A stretch of 64,000 nt of DNA from Desulfatiglandales bacterium (GCA_963667015.2 CAXXJJ010000001.1:2464001-2528000); one strand, 5' to 3'; counted from the first letter of the stretch, positions 19,751-31,336 are shown. Translations and numbers: made by a program. The notes: a model not told the origin generated them from the sequence alone.

Positions 19751-20956
19751 TTACTTGCTACCATTCGTAGAAACCGTCTTTGCGGTGCCACTCATAATAT
19801 TTACTTTCTGCCCGGGGCGAACCTTCTGTATTCCTTCTACAATAACCGTTTCACCGGGCTCAATACCTTTATCGACAATCCAGTCCGTGCCGGAAACTGT
19901 TCTTTTTATGATTATCCGCATCTCTACGATATCGTCTTTGTTCACCACATATACATAGCTGCCTTCCCTGCCTTCCATAACTGCCGCCTGCGGTACCAGA
20001 GGCAGTTTTTCTCCACTGACCGGAGACAGTATCACTGTTACGTATCCTCCCGGAATCAGGAGCCCATCGGGATTGGCGTACCTGGACCGCAGGGAGATAG
20101 TCCCTGTACCGGCGTCTATAACAGGGTCAGCGAAATCCCATACTCCATCACCCTGATGCAGGCTTCCGTTGGGAAAACGTAATGTTGGCCGGAATATTTT
20201 TTCGGGAGATGAACCTGATCGTTCAAGAAGATTAAGATATTCGACTTCGCTCATGGAGCATACCACCCTTATTGGGTCAGTTTTTATCACAGTGGCAATG
20301 GTCCCCGAACTCGGGCTGATATAATCACCAACGGAATATTGTTTTTTCGTAACGCGCCCTGAAACAGGAGCTCTGACAGTAGCGTAACTGAAATCGATTT
20401 CCGCCAGTTCCAGGTTGGCCTTTGCCGAAACCAGTTGTGCACTATTGAAGTCGACATTTCTCTGTGCCGATTCAATATCCTTTTCCGGAACGCTTCCTGA
20501 TTTTGCGGACTGGAGCCTCTTGAGGTATTTTTCCGCTTCATCCAGGTTGGCTTTTATCTGTAAAACCGTGCCTCTGCGGACGTCAATTTCAGCCTTGAAC
20601 CGGTCTTTTTCAATGGTAAACATCAGGTCGCCTTCCTTAACGTTTCCGCCTTCAACAAAATCGATTGATTCCAGGTACCCGGATACCCTGGCAACAAGTT
20701 CCACGGAATCGACAGCCTCTACACGCCCGATGTATTCTTTAGTGTCTGTAATTTCCTTTGCGGTAATTTTCTGCACCCTTACCTGTGGAGCTTCCGACTG
20801 CATCCTGGCCTGCGGGCTATTATCCGGTGCAGAAACAGTATCTTTTTTTTCTCCCAGAAAAAACCAGAGTGCAATCACAATGGCAACGAGTAAGACGGCA
20901 TAGTTTACTAACCGCTTCATTACTGATGAGCCCAATGCTTCTTTTTTATCAATCAA
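19751..20956 (-). CDS. RND efflux periplasmic adaptor (MFP)
   Basis: ARVSGYL, VRAPVSGRV, LLIPGGYV, VIVEGIQKVRPG. Confidence 0.92.
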   Translation of the reverse strand: MIDKKEALGSSVMKRLVNYAVLLVAIVIALWFFLGEKKDTVSAPDNSPQARMQSEAPQVRVQKITAKEITDTKEYIGRVEAVDSVELVARVSGYLESIDFVEGGNVKEGDLMFTIEKDRFKAEIDVRRGTVLQIKANLDEAEKYLKRLQSAKSGSVPEKDIESAQRNVDFNSAQLVSAKANLELAEIDFSYATVRAPVSGRVTKKQYSVGDYISPSSGTIATVIKTDPIRVVCSMSEVEYLNLLERSGSSPEKIFRPTLRFPNGSLHQGDGVWDFADPVIDAGTGTISLRSRYANPDGLLIPGGYVTVILSPVSGEKLPLVPQAAVMEGREGSYVYVVNKDDIVEMRIIIKRTVSGTDWIVDKGIEPGETVIVEGIQKVRPGQKVNIMSGTAKTVSTNGSK

Positions 20957-21240
20957 TTTCCTGACTCCTTAACTGATCTGTCCCATGAAAGACAGAATTT
21001 CATTATATCCTATTTAATCCGGCCGTAATACAGTGAAAAAAAAGGTTGAACGGAGGGAAATACGGTGGGATTAAAATGCTGATTTGTTAAAACCTCTAGA
21101 ATTGTAGATTATACCTGTTTTTATATTTATTTTAAACCTAAAAAAATATCTCAAAATTGATAGAGGTTGTCAAGAAACAATAAATCGGGTATCCGCTTTA
21201 ATTATTGATGATAATTGAATAAATATGTTTTCTATTTTAT

Positions 21241-21452
21241 ATAGGTAACGGGCATAATGCCCGGACCAATCTGTACTGGGGAGCTCATCCACTTGCACTT
21301 ACAGCAGGTCTTATGGCACCGGAAGCCTATACACTGGATGCGGCTGTAAAGGCATGGATGATATGAAGGTAAGAAAGGCAGCTGCAGCGAGTTATAACAA
21401 ATATCAAAAGGCCGGACAAAGGGCTGCTGACCGGTTATTTGGCGTGAAATAA
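21241..21452 (+). pseudogene. Collapsed relic of a conserved hypothetical protein
   Basis: IGNGHNARTNLYWGA-HPLALTAGLMAPEAYTLDAAVKAW / VRKAAAASYNKYQKAGQRAADRLFGVK*; coding-like but no start, internal frameshift, stop abuts next ATG. Confidence 0.5.
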
Positions 21453-22157
21453 ATGAAATCAGATGTATTTAATCAAAAGGCTCAGGATTATGCCCTGTAT
21501 CGGCCTCAATATTCCGGTGAAGCAATTGAGTCATTAATAGATGTTACCGGAATGGACTCTGCCTGGAATGTGGCGGACATAGGTTCCGGTACAGGAAATG
21601 TGTCGCGGCACCTGGTAGAAAGGGTAATTCGGGTATTTGCTGTTGAACCGGAAGAGGCCATGCGCAACCAGGCGGAACTGCTTTTAGGTAAATATCCCTC
21701 CTTTAAAAGTATTGCAGCCACTGCCGAAAGATCTTCTTTACCGGAAAATTCAATTGACCTTATAACCGTGGGGCAGGCCTTCCACTGGTTTGACTGGAAA
21801 TTGGCGCTAAAAGAGTTTTACCGTATCTTAAGACAAGACAGGTGGATTGCCTTATTATGGAATCAGTATGAAACAACACCGGATATGGACATGGATTTTA
21901 TATTTAAACCGGGCACACTATGCAGAAAGAAATTTCCTGTTGTTTTTGAGGAAGGGTGGGATGAATATATTGGAGGTATAAGATCCGCTTCCCGTAACCC
22001 GAGCCCCGGCGATAAAGGATACAGAGATTTTGAGGAAAACCTGAGACAGAGGTTTGATTCAAAGGCCGTGGATGGGCGTATTACAGTCAGGTATGTAACA
22101 GAGTTGGCCGTTGGACGATTAAATTACAGAATAGACAACCAGAGGATAATAAGATGA
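21453..22157 (+). CDS. Class I SAM-dependent methyltransferase
   Basis: YRPQY, DIGSGTG, VGQAFHWFD. Confidence 0.9.
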   Translation: MKSDVFNQKAQDYALYRPQYSGEAIESLIDVTGMDSAWNVADIGSGTGNVSRHLVERVIRVFAVEPEEAMRNQAELLLGKYPSFKSIAATAERSSLPENSIDLITVGQAFHWFDWKLALKEFYRILRQDRWIALLWNQYETTPDMDMDFIFKPGTLCRKKFPVVFEEGWDEYIGGIRSASRNPSPGDKGYRDFEENLRQRFDSKAVDGRITVRYVTELAVGRLNYRIDNQRIIR

Positions 22158-23143
22158 AAAAGATTTCATGGGGAGTGCTCAGTACAGCAAACATTGGAAC
22201 CAATCTGGTGATTCCTGCAATGCAAAAAGGAAAATATTCGCAGGTTTATGCAATATCTTCACGGGATAAGGAAAAAGCATTAAATACTGCTGAGATGTTG
22301 GGCATACCAAAGGCATATGGCTCATATGAAGAAATACTGGAAGATTCTGATATCCAGGCTGTTTATATTCCGCTTCCCAATCACCTGCATGTTGAATGGG
22401 CAGTTAAGGCACTGGAGGCCGGAAAACATGTTTTATGTGAAAAACCAGTAGCACTGGATTCGAAACAGGCTGAATATTTAATTAATAAAAGCAGAGAGTT
22501 TCCCGAACAGAAAGTTATGGAAGCATTCATGTTTCGCTTTCATCCACGCTGGGACACAGTTAAGAGGTTAATCAGGGAAGGAACAATCGGTGAAATAAAA
22601 AATATTCACTCGGTTTTTACCTATTATAATGTCGATCCCTTGAACATTCGTAATCAGGCTGATATTGGCGGTGGCGGGTTAATGGATATCGGCTGCTATT
22701 GTATCTCTTTATCCCGTTTTATATATGAGACTGAACCTGTGCATGTTTCAGGCGTTATGGACTACGATCCTGAAATGAAGATAGACCGGCTCACATCTGC
22801 TGTGATGGATTTTGGAGGCAGGACCGCAACATTTACATGCTCGACACAATCAGTGGATCGCCAGTATGCCGAGATAATAGGAAGCAGAGGGCGAATAGAA
22901 ATAGAAAACCCCTTTGTTCCGTCATCAGTGAGGCCGACAAAGATTATTCATCAAACCGGACCGGATACCAGTGAGATTAATTTTGAAACATGCAATCAAT
23001 ATACAATACAGGGTGATTTATTTTCCCTGGCAATTTTAAACAATTCCAATGTTCCCACTCCCCTTGATGATGGAGTTGCCAATATGAAGGTGATAGATAA
23101 AATCCTGGAGAGTCATAATACCGGAACCGTGATCAAGTTATAG
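22154..23143 (+). CDS. Gfo/Idh/MocA family oxidoreductase
   Basis: WGVLSTANIG, GKHVLCEKP, GGGLMDIGCY. Confidence 0.92.
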   Translation: MKKISWGVLSTANIGTNLVIPAMQKGKYSQVYAISSRDKEKALNTAEMLGIPKAYGSYEEILEDSDIQAVYIPLPNHLHVEWAVKALEAGKHVLCEKPVALDSKQAEYLINKSREFPEQKVMEAFMFRFHPRWDTVKRLIREGTIGEIKNIHSVFTYYNVDPLNIRNQADIGGGGLMDIGCYCISLSRFIYETEPVHVSGVMDYDPEMKIDRLTSAVMDFGGRTATFTCSTQSVDRQYAEIIGSRGRIEIENPFVPSSVRPTKIIHQTGPDTSEINFETCNQYTIQGDLFSLAILNNSNVPTPLDDGVANMKVIDKILESHNTGTVIKL

Positions 23144-23332
23144 TCAGTATATTTTTTATCTGCTGATCAATATCAAGGTAGCAGCCTTTAAACCGGGCCG
23201 CAAAACCGGATGCATGTGAAGATTCAACTCCTGCGCTGATTATGGCCTGAACTGTAACCTGATTCATGTATTCCCACCACTGTTTTCCGTTGAAAAAGTC
23301 GCTATGAGGGGTATCAAAGTCATGCCTCTATT

Positions 23333-23875
23333 TTAAAACATCTCTCTTTGAATCATATTGTTAACTTTGCCATCATTTATTGACCCGGGAGACTGCAGTT
23401 CCAGGACAGACGATTCGTGAAATTCTTTAATATTTGAAGCGCCTGCAGTGCGGAATGCCGAAATCAGCTTATTCCTTGATACCGGTAATATTTCATATAT
23501 GGAACCCTTCGACGGTACAAAACCATATATGCCTTCTTCAAAGAAAGAACGTGAATTATTCTGGTACCTGCGACTGTTATGTGCCTTCATGCTTCCTTCC
23601 ATCCAGTATTTCTTTACCTTCTCTCCATTTATCATGAACTCTTTTCCAGGGCTTTCATCCATTCGCGCGAAAAAATTACCCATCATCACACTGTCGGCCC
23701 CCAGGGCAAGGGCAATAGTGATATCAGCCGGGGAGTTGATTCCCCCATCTGCTATAATCGGTATATATGAAGTACTTTCAGCATACGCATCCCGGACAGT
23801 TACTATGTCCATGATCGCTGTTGCAAGCCCCCGTCCGGTTGCCTTTTCTTCCTGAGTAATACAGCCTGATCCTAT
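23333..23875 (-). pseudogene. guaB: C-terminal fragment of IMP dehydrogenase
   Basis: IGSGCITQEEKATGRGLATA (catalytic Cys loop), IIADGGI, VMMGNFFA, YWMEGS, EEGI; N-terminal part absent, begins inside the comM stop region. Confidence 0.8.
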
Positions 23876-25401
23876 TTTACCATCTTTCTATCCAGGCTCC
23901 TGTATTGTATTGCTTCGGCAATATGATCCGCCGTGATATGTTCACTCCCCTCAACATCCGCGATTGTCCTTGCTATCTTGAGAATCCGTGAGTGCGCCCT
24001 TGCGCTTAATCCCAGTTTCTCCATTGCTGTCTCTAGGAGTTTGTCGGATGCACTGTCAATCTCACAGAATTTTCTTATATGTCTTCCGCTCATACCTGCA
24101 TTGTTGTGTATCTTGAGGTTTTTAAAGCGCTCTTTCTGGATCTCCCTGGCCCTGTTAAGGTCTTTTAATATTTCTGCAGACGTCTGCCCCTGTTCCTTTG
24201 CAGAGAGCTCTTTATATTCAACTGCCGGTACATCCATGTGAATGTCTATACGGTCCATTAAAGGTCCCGAAACCTTGGTTCTGTATCTTTGAATCTGCGT
24301 ATATGAGCAGTGACACTCTCTCTTGGTACTCCCGAAATAACCGCACGGACACGGATTCATAGCCGCCACAAGCATAAAATTTGCGGGATAGGTTACTGTT
24401 GAATTTGCCCTTGTTATGGTTACCTGGCCTTCCTCCATGGGCTGTCTTAACACTTCAAGCACATTTTTTTTAAATTCAGGGATTTCATCAAGAAAAAGCA
24501 CTCCATTATGGGCGAGGCTCACTTCTCCGGGTTTTGGGTTTTGTCCTCCTCCAATCAGGCCGGCATCCGAGACCGTATGATGGGGAGCCCTGAACGGCCT
24601 GGTTGTTATAAGTCCTTTTCCCTCCGGCATAAACCCCATAACACTGTAAACCTTTGATGTCTCAAGAGCCTCTTCAAAGGAGAGATCGGGCAGAATAGTA
24701 TGGATACGTTTGGCAAGCATTGTCTTGCCGGCGCCGGGAGGGCCTACCATAATTATATTATGGTTTCCGGCGGCCGCTATTTTCATGGCTCTTTTTACAT
24801 TTTCCTGCCCCCTCACGTCGCTGAAATCAATCTGGCTGTCCGTGTTCTCGAACAGGCCCTTAAAATCGGATTTGAAGGGATCTATATGTTTAACCCCTGA
24901 GAGTATTTCTACAAGTTCCGAGAGTGTGCCAACAGGGAAAACATCCAGGCCTTTGACAACTGCAGCCTCCATGGCGTTTTCAACAGGCAGGAATATTCCG
25001 TCAAGACCCATCTCTTTAACAGCTACTGCAACCGGAAGTATTCCCTTTACAGGGCGTATAAGGCCGTCAAGGGACAGTTCTCCCATTATAAGATATTTCT
25101 TTTCATTATTGACCGGGATAACACCTGTTGCAGTTAAAATGCCGATTGCCATTGGAAGGTCAAAGGCTGATCCCTCTTTTTTTATATCGGCCGGTGCAAG
25201 ATTTACTGTGATCCTGTCCGCAGGAAAGTGATAACCTGAATTTTTAATAGATGTCTTAACCCTTTCTTTGCTTTCACGTACCGCCCCCTCGGGGAGGCCC
25301 ACAGTGGAAAAGGCAGGCAGTCCCTGGGAAATATCTACTTCGACTTCAACTATATAGGCATCAATACCTATTACAGCGCTGCTCAATATCCTGGCTATCA
25401 T
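23872..25401 (-). CDS. comM: YifB/ComM Mg-chelatase-like AAA+ ATPase
   Basis: VGLPEGAVRESKERV, GPPGAGKT, RPFRAPHH, NPCPCGY; start moved to ATG 25401. Confidence 0.93.
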   Translation of the reverse strand: MIARILSSAVIGIDAYIVEVEVDISQGLPAFSTVGLPEGAVRESKERVKTSIKNSGYHFPADRITVNLAPADIKKEGSAFDLPMAIGILTATGVIPVNNEKKYLIMGELSLDGLIRPVKGILPVAVAVKEMGLDGIFLPVENAMEAAVVKGLDVFPVGTLSELVEILSGVKHIDPFKSDFKGLFENTDSQIDFSDVRGQENVKRAMKIAAAGNHNIIMVGPPGAGKTMLAKRIHTILPDLSFEEALETSKVYSVMGFMPEGKGLITTRPFRAPHHTVSDAGLIGGGQNPKPGEVSLAHNGVLFLDEIPEFKKNVLEVLRQPMEEGQVTITRANSTVTYPANFMLVAAMNPCPCGYFGSTKRECHCSYTQIQRYRTKVSGPLMDRIDIHMDVPAVEYKELSAKEQGQTSAEILKDLNRAREIQKERFKNLKIHNNAGMSGRHIRKFCEIDSASDKLLETAMEKLGLSARAHSRILKIARTIADVEGSEHITADHIAEAIQYRSLDRKMVK

Positions 25402-25665
25402 AGTGTTCTCCGGTAATGTAAATTCCCTGCAATATGCTGTCCTTAAACAAGGAAACACAAATCGCGTAATACGGGTATAAATTTAAGTCTGTAGTCAGTG
25501 GAAAAATTATGTTAAGTCTGGTTTGGCTCTGCAACAGCAGAAGAAATGCAGCCTCTGTCGAAACAGGGTAAAATTTAAATCGGCTTTACATTTAATATCA
25601 TTGGTGGTAAAAAGTAAAGTTTATTTAATCCTGGCATTAAAAAGTTCACTTTAAAGGAGTATTAC

Positions 25666-25956
25666 ATGGCACGAATAACTGTAGAAGATTGCCTTAATAA
25701 TGTAAATAACAGATTTACCCTTATCCATATGGTAGCAAAAAGAGTCAGACAGCTCAGGAAGGGTGCTGAACCGACAATCGGTTCTAAAAACAGGGATATC
25801 GTTATGTCTCTCAGAGAGATAGCAGCCGGCAATATTAATATACTGACTGAAGAAGAGGCTCTTAAACTCGCTGAAAGCCAGATTGAACTTCTCATTGAAG
25901 AAGGAGACGGAGCCGCTCCCGAAGAAGAAAATGCAGAAGGTGTCAGGACAGAATAA
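25666..25956 (+). CDS. rpoZ: RNA polymerase omega subunit
   Basis: [31 protein letters not shown]. Confidence 0.95.
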   Translation: MARITVEDCLNNVNNRFTLIHMVAKRVRQLRKGAEPTIGSKNRDIVMSLREIAAGNINILTEEEALKLAESQIELLIEEGDGAAPEEENAEGVRTE

Positions 25957-25958
25957 GA

Positions 25959-27053
25959 ATGGATAAAAGAGATTACTATGAGATTCTTAATATTTCCAGG
26001 GACGCTGGAGATGATGAAATTAAGAAGGCTTATAGAAAACTGGCAATGCAGTATCATCCTGACCGGAATCCCGGTGACAAGGAAGCCGAAGAAAATTTCA
26101 AAGAGGCATCCGAAGCCTATGAAGTATTGAGAGACAGAGAGAAGAGACAATTATACGATCAATACGGGCATGAAGGACTCCAGGGTTCAGGTTTCAGCGG
26201 ATTCAGCGGTTTTGATGATATCTTTTCCAGTTTCGGTGATATTTTTGAGGATTTTTTCAGTTTCGGATCAGGCAGCAGGCGGCGCAACAGGCCTGCGCAG
26301 GGCAGCAATCTCAGGTATAATCTGGAGCTGACTCTTGAAGAGGCTTTTTCCGGTAAAGAAGAGTTAATTGAATTCCAGAAATGGGGCTCCTGTAATTCCT
26401 GTGACGGCAGCGGTATAACTCCGGGAAGCGACCCCCAGATGTGCGGAACCTGCGGCGGAAAAGGCCAGGTTATTCGTTCACAGGGTTTTTTTCAGATCAA
26501 GACCTCATGTCCTTCATGTAACGGCTCAGGGCGCATAATTAAAGATCCATGTGCAGACTGCAGCGGAAGAGGCAAGGTTAAGGTTGACCGCAGTATTAAT
26601 TTGAAAATACCGCCAGGTGTTGATACTGGTTCACAGCTGCGGCTCAGGGGTGAAGGCGAAGCCGGAGAACTGGGCGGACCTTCGGGCGATCTGTTTGTTG
26701 TAATGCATGTAAAGGAACACAATCTGTTCAAAAGGGAAGGTAATCATCTTTATTGCGAAATCCCTGTATCTTTTGTTCAGGCAGCCCTTGGCGATACTGT
26801 AACAATTCCTGTGCTGGGAGATGAAGAAACCTATGAAATGGATATTCCCCATGGAACCCAGCCGGGGGATATTATTTCGATTCCTGATAAGGGGATGCCC
26901 GCAATAAACAGCAAGAAGAGGGGACAACTCCTTGTGAAGCTGGATGTAAAAATCCCGAAGAAATTGAGCAAAAAACAGAAGGAAATCCTTGAAGAATTTG
27001 CAAAAACAGAAGGAATCGAAAATAAAAAGAAAAAAAGAAAACTGTTCGGGTAA
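25959..27053 (+). CDS. dnaJ: Chaperone DnaJ
   Basis: J domain HPD, G/F region, four CxxCxGxG repeats. Confidence 0.97.
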   Translation: MDKRDYYEILNISRDAGDDEIKKAYRKLAMQYHPDRNPGDKEAEENFKEASEAYEVLRDREKRQLYDQYGHEGLQGSGFSGFSGFDDIFSSFGDIFEDFFSFGSGSRRRNRPAQGSNLRYNLELTLEEAFSGKEELIEFQKWGSCNSCDGSGITPGSDPQMCGTCGGKGQVIRSQGFFQIKTSCPSCNGSGRIIKDPCADCSGRGKVKVDRSINLKIPPGVDTGSQLRLRGEGEAGELGGPSGDLFVVMHVKEHNLFKREGNHLYCEIPVSFVQAALGDTVTIPVLGDEETYEMDIPHGTQPGDIISIPDKGMPAINSKKRGQLLVKLDVKIPKKLSKKQKEILEEFAKTEGIENKKKKRKLFG

Positions 27054-27188
27054 TAGAACAGGAGCCAGGCCTGCCCGATTCTGTGTCAGAACTGATATAT
27101 ATTAAAAAAATGAATTGATTTTTCAGATAAATGTCTATAATATCTCAAGGTTACACAAAATTAAGAGGACGCAATACAGGTTGACATC

Positions 27189-27551
27189 ATGAAAAAGAAG
27201 CAAATAAATTATTTTAAAAAACTCCTTAGTGAAAGACTTGATGAGCTTTTGAGTGAAGCCAACAGGACAGTATCCGGGATGAGCGATCTTAATGAGAACA
27301 TGCCCGATCCGGCTGACCGAGCTACACTTGAATCCGATCGGAATTTTGAACTGAGAATCCGTGACAGAGAAAGAAAGCTCATAAACAAGATAAAAGAGGC
27401 ACTGGAACGCATAGAAGACGGTACCTATGGAATATGCGAGTCCTGCGAAGAGGATATTTCCGAAGAAAGATTAAAAGCAAGGCCTGTAACCACATTGTGT
27501 ATTGATTGCAAAACAAAACAGGAAGATGAGGAAAGATTAAAGGGTATATAA
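27189..27551 (+). CDS. dksA: RNA polymerase-binding protein DksA
   Basis: PDPADRATLE, RDRERKLI, C4 zinc finger. Confidence 0.95.
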   Translation: MKKKQINYFKKLLSERLDELLSEANRTVSGMSDLNENMPDPADRATLESDRNFELRIRDRERKLINKIKEALERIEDGTYGICESCEEDISEERLKARPVTTLCIDCKTKQEDEERLKGI

Positions 27552-27586
27552 TTACAAAGCTTCCTTCAATTTCTAATACCAATACA

Positions 27587-27620
27587 GCCGGAGCGGATAT
27601 TAATGCCCGGCTTTTTTATT
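27587..27620 (+). terminator. Rho-independent terminator-like hairpin after dksA
   Basis: AGCCGG...CCGGCT followed by a T tract. Confidence 0.5.
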
Positions 27621-27638
27621 CACTTTGCCAGAGGAAGA

Positions 27639-30296
27639 ATGCCTGAAACAGTACACAGGGAGATCATTACTACCCATATCAATGCTGATTTCGATGCCCT
27701 TTCATCAATGGTGGCGGCAAAGAAGCTCTATCCTGATGCGACTATTGTTTTCCCCGGCTCACAGGAAAAGAATCTCCGCAATTTCTTTATCCATTCATTG
27801 TCATATCTTTTCAGCTTCACGAGAACGAGGCAGATTGATTTTGATGCAGTTGAAAGGCTTATCCTTGTCGATACACGACAAAGAGACAGGATTGGAAAGT
27901 TTTCGGAAATACTGGATAAAAAAGGACTTGATATCCATATCTATGACCACCATCCAGCTTCAAACAATGATATAAAAGGAAGCATGGAGGTCATTAAATC
28001 CCTGGGATCAACTACAACCATTCTTGCTCAGATGTTAAGGGAAAAGGGTATTAAACTGAATTCCGATGAAGCCACGGTTATGCTCCTTGGCATTCATGAA
28101 GACACCGGATCATTTACCTTTTCATCCACAACTCCCGATGACCATATCATTGCGGCCTGGCTTACGGAACAGGGTGTGGATCAGAATATACTAGCCGGTC
28201 TTCTTACAAGAGAGTTGACGGCCGAACAGGTATGGATATTGAATGACCTCACTCAATCGGCCGTAAAGAGCGTCATAAACGGCGTTGAGGTGGTTATAGC
28301 AAAGGTAGTTAGAGAGGAATATATCGGGGATTTTGCTGTGCTGGTCCATAAATTTATGGATATGGAAAACCTTCAGGTCCTCTTTGCCCTGGCCCAGATG
28401 GAGGACAAGATATATCTTGTAGGCAGAAGCCGGACCGAGGAAGTAAATGTTGCTGAAATAGCGCTTGAATTCGGAGGGGGCGGGCATCCCCAGGCAGCAT
28501 CGGCAACCATAAGCAAAAAAACAGTAATACAGGTGGAGAGTGCCTTACAGAGACTGCTTAAGGAACGGATAAATCCGGGGAAAATGGCAAGAGACATGAT
28601 GACATCACCCGTTATTCATGTTCTTCCTGAAAGGACTGTAAAGGACGCATCAACCCTTATGACCAGGTACAATATCAATGTCCTGGTTGTCGTTAATAAA
28701 AAGGGGGGTCTTGAAGGTTATATAACAAGGCAGATAATGGAAAAGGCAGTCTTTTTTAATCTTGGACACCTGCCGGTCAAGGAGTATATGAATATCGAGT
28801 TTCACACGGTTACTCCTGAGACGCCTTTGAGTGAAGTACAGGAACTTATCATAAAGAATAACCTGAGGATACTGCCTGTATTAAAGGAAGGTTCGCTTGT
28901 GGGCGTTATTACACGTACCGACTTGATGAATATCCTTGTCGGCGGACCTGTTATTAATGATTTTTTATATGACTCCTCTCACAGCGCTCATTTTTTAAAA
29001 AATAAAAACCTTGCACCTATGCTCAGGGAACGGCTGCCTGAAAACATTACTGCAATCTGCAAGGAGTTCGGGGACTGTGCTGACAGACTTGGCTTTAAGG
29101 CTTACCTGGTCGGAGGGCTGGTAAGGGATATCCTGTTAAAACAGGAGAATTTCGATATTGATGTTGTAGTTGAGGGAGATGGGATCACCTTTGCCTACGA
29201 GTATGCCAAAGATCATGATGTAAGGGTCAGGAGCCATAAAAAATTCGGAACCGCCGTGCTTATATTCCCGGATGGTTTTAAGGTTGATGTTGCCACAGCC
29301 CGCATGGAATATTATGAGACTCCGGCTGCGCCTCCTACAGTTGAGACAAGTTCTCTTAAAATGGATCTTTACAGAAGAGATTTTACAATCAATACCCTGG
29401 CAGTTAAGCTTAACAGAAGAAACTACGGTGATCTTATAGACTACTTTGGTGCGCAGAAGGATATCAGGGAAAAGGTCGTAAGGGTTCTACATAACCTTAG
29501 TTTTGTCGAGGACCCTACCCGTGTTTTAAGGGCAGTAAGGTTTGAGCAGCGCTTTGGTTTTAGAATAGGCAGGCTTACCCTTTCGCTTATAAAAAACGCG
29601 GTGGATATAAACTGCTTTAAGGACCTTTCCGGAAGAAGGCTTTTTATGGAACTCAAACTTCTTCTCATGGAAAATGATCCTGTAAAGGCAATAGAAAGGA
29701 TGCATCAGCTTGAACTTATCCAGTTTATTTCGCCGTATATTAATTACAGTGAAAAACTGCTGAAATTAATGGAAAATATCAATGAGGTTGTTTCCTGGTT
29801 CGGCCTGCTTTTCCTGGATGAGGCATGTGAGACATGGAAGATATACTGGTTTGGCCTGACCTCAAATCTTGAGCAGGATCAATATATTGATCTTTCTGCA
29901 AGGCTTATGATGAATGACCTTGAATGCCAGAGAATGGCCGATCACCGGGAGGTATCGTGGCGGCTTATCGACAGTCTGTACAGGACAGAAAGTGATGATA
30001 ATTATAGTATCTATACTTTACTCTCTCAATATGATACAGAATTCCTGCTTTTTATTATGGCAAAAGCAAACAATGAGAAGATAAAAAAGGTTATATCCAA
30101 TTATTTCACGAGATTAAAGAGGATATCCATCAGCCTGAAGGGCAGGGATTTAAAGAATATGGGATTTGAACCGGGGCCGTTATACAAAAAGATATTTGAA
30201 AGCCTGCTTGAGGCAAGGCTTAAAAACCTGGTTAACAGCAAAAAGGAAGAGCTGGATTTCGTAAAGACCCGGTTTGTGAATCAGCCCGGTGAATAG
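27639..30296 (+). CDS. DHH-DHHA1-CBS-class II tRNA nucleotidyltransferase (A-adding type)
   Basis: THINADFD, YDHH, GGGGHPQAASA, CBS pair, VGGLVRD, DIDV, RRDFTIN, EDPTRVLR. Confidence 0.85.
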   Translation: MPETVHREIITTHINADFDALSSMVAAKKLYPDATIVFPGSQEKNLRNFFIHSLSYLFSFTRTRQIDFDAVERLILVDTRQRDRIGKFSEILDKKGLDIHIYDHHPASNNDIKGSMEVIKSLGSTTTILAQMLREKGIKLNSDEATVMLLGIHEDTGSFTFSSTTPDDHIIAAWLTEQGVDQNILAGLLTRELTAEQVWILNDLTQSAVKSVINGVEVVIAKVVREEYIGDFAVLVHKFMDMENLQVLFALAQMEDKIYLVGRSRTEEVNVAEIALEFGGGGHPQAASATISKKTVIQVESALQRLLKERINPGKMARDMMTSPVIHVLPERTVKDASTLMTRYNINVLVVVNKKGGLEGYITRQIMEKAVFFNLGHLPVKEYMNIEFHTVTPETPLSEVQELIIKNNLRILPVLKEGSLVGVITRTDLMNILVGGPVINDFLYDSSHSAHFLKNKNLAPMLRERLPENITAICKEFGDCADRLGFKAYLVGGLVRDILLKQENFDIDVVVEGDGITFAYEYAKDHDVRVRSHKKFGTAVLIFPDGFKVDVATARMEYYETPAAPPTVETSSLKMDLYRRDFTINTLAVKLNRRNYGDLIDYFGAQKDIREKVVRVLHNLSFVEDPTRVLRAVRFEQRFGFRIGRLTLSLIKNAVDINCFKDLSGRRLFMELKLLLMENDPVKAIERMHQLELIQFISPYINYSEKLLKLMENINEVVSWFGLLFLDEACETWKIYWFGLTSNLEQDQYIDLSARLMMNDLECQRMADHREVSWRLIDSLYRTESDDNYSIYTLLSQYDTEFLLFIMAKANNEKIKKVISNYFTRLKRISISLKGRDLKNMGFEPGPLYKKIFESLLEARLKNLVNSKKEELDFVKTRFVNQPGE

Positions 30297-30348
30297 ATTT
30301 ACATCAATAAGATTGAGCCTATCTTAAAAAAATGAGGAGAGTGTATTA

Positions 30349-31332
30349 ATGAAGAAGAGAATTGTAAGTGGTATGCGAACAACCGGGAAATTACATCTGG
30401 GGCATCTTCATGGTGCTTTAAATAACTGGATGAACCTTCAGGAAGAGTATGAATGCTTTTTTTTTGCCGCCGACTGGCATGCCCTTACAAGTGAGTATGC
30501 CAATTCAAAGATAATCAAGGAATCGGTAAATGAAATACTGAAAGACTGGATATCTGTAGGACTTGACCCGGAAAAATCAACATTTTTTATTCAGTCGGCA
30601 ATAAAAGAGCATGCAGAGCTGCATCTTTTATTTTCAATGATTACACCGCTTCCATGGCTCGAGAGAAACCCAACCTATAAGGACCAGCTCAAGGAACTGA
30701 CGCAGAAAGATCTGTATACATACGGCTTTCTCGGCTATCCGGTTCTGCAGGCCGCAGATATCCTGATGTACAAGGCAAACGGAGTCCCTGTGGGTGAAGA
30801 TCAGTCGCCCCATGTTGAACTGACACGGGAGATAGCAAGGCGTTTTAACCATCTCTACCAGAAGGAGGTGTTCCCCGAGCCTGCAACTCTCCTTGCTCCG
30901 ACATCAAGGATTCTTGGTCTTGACAGGCGTAAAATGAGTAAAAGTTATAATAATTCAATTTATTTAACCGATACTGATAAAGAAATAATGACCGGAGTCG
31001 GTCAGATGATTACCGACCCGCAGCGTGCCAGAAAATCGGATCCGGGAGATCCGGATGTATGTAACGTATTTACATTTCACCAGATTTACAGCCCTGAAGA
31101 TATGGTCAACCGGATCAACGAGGAATGCAGGAAGGCTGAAATAGGCTGTGTTGTATGCAAAAAGATGATGGCAGAAAACCTTATCAATGCCCTTCAGCCC
31201 ATCAGGGAAAAAAGAAATGAGCTGGATTCCAATCCTGATATGGTGAAGGAAATTATTGACAAAGGTAATAAAAGAGCTAAAGCTATCGCCGAAAAAACCA
31301 TGGCAGAGGTCAAAGAAGTTATTGGAATATAA
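30349..31332 (+). CDS. trpS: Tryptophan--tRNA ligase
   Basis: HLGH, YPVLQAADIL, GEDQ, KMSKS. Confidence 0.97.
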   Translation: MKKRIVSGMRTTGKLHLGHLHGALNNWMNLQEEYECFFFAADWHALTSEYANSKIIKESVNEILKDWISVGLDPEKSTFFIQSAIKEHAELHLLFSMITPLPWLERNPTYKDQLKELTQKDLYTYGFLGYPVLQAADILMYKANGVPVGEDQSPHVELTREIARRFNHLYQKEVFPEPATLLAPTSRILGLDRRKMSKSYNNSIYLTDTDKEIMTGVGQMITDPQRARKSDPGDPDVCNVFTFHQIYSPEDMVNRINEECRKAEIGCVVCKKMMAENLINALQPIREKRNELDSNPDMVKEIIDKGNKRAKAIAEKTMAEVKEVIGI

Positions 31333-31336
31333 ATAA

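Noticed and set aside
23130..23328. Open minus-strand frame (..FNGKQWWEYMNQ..), possibly a HAD hydrolase fragment
   Set aside because: No start codon or diagnostic motif; resemblance too weak without a search
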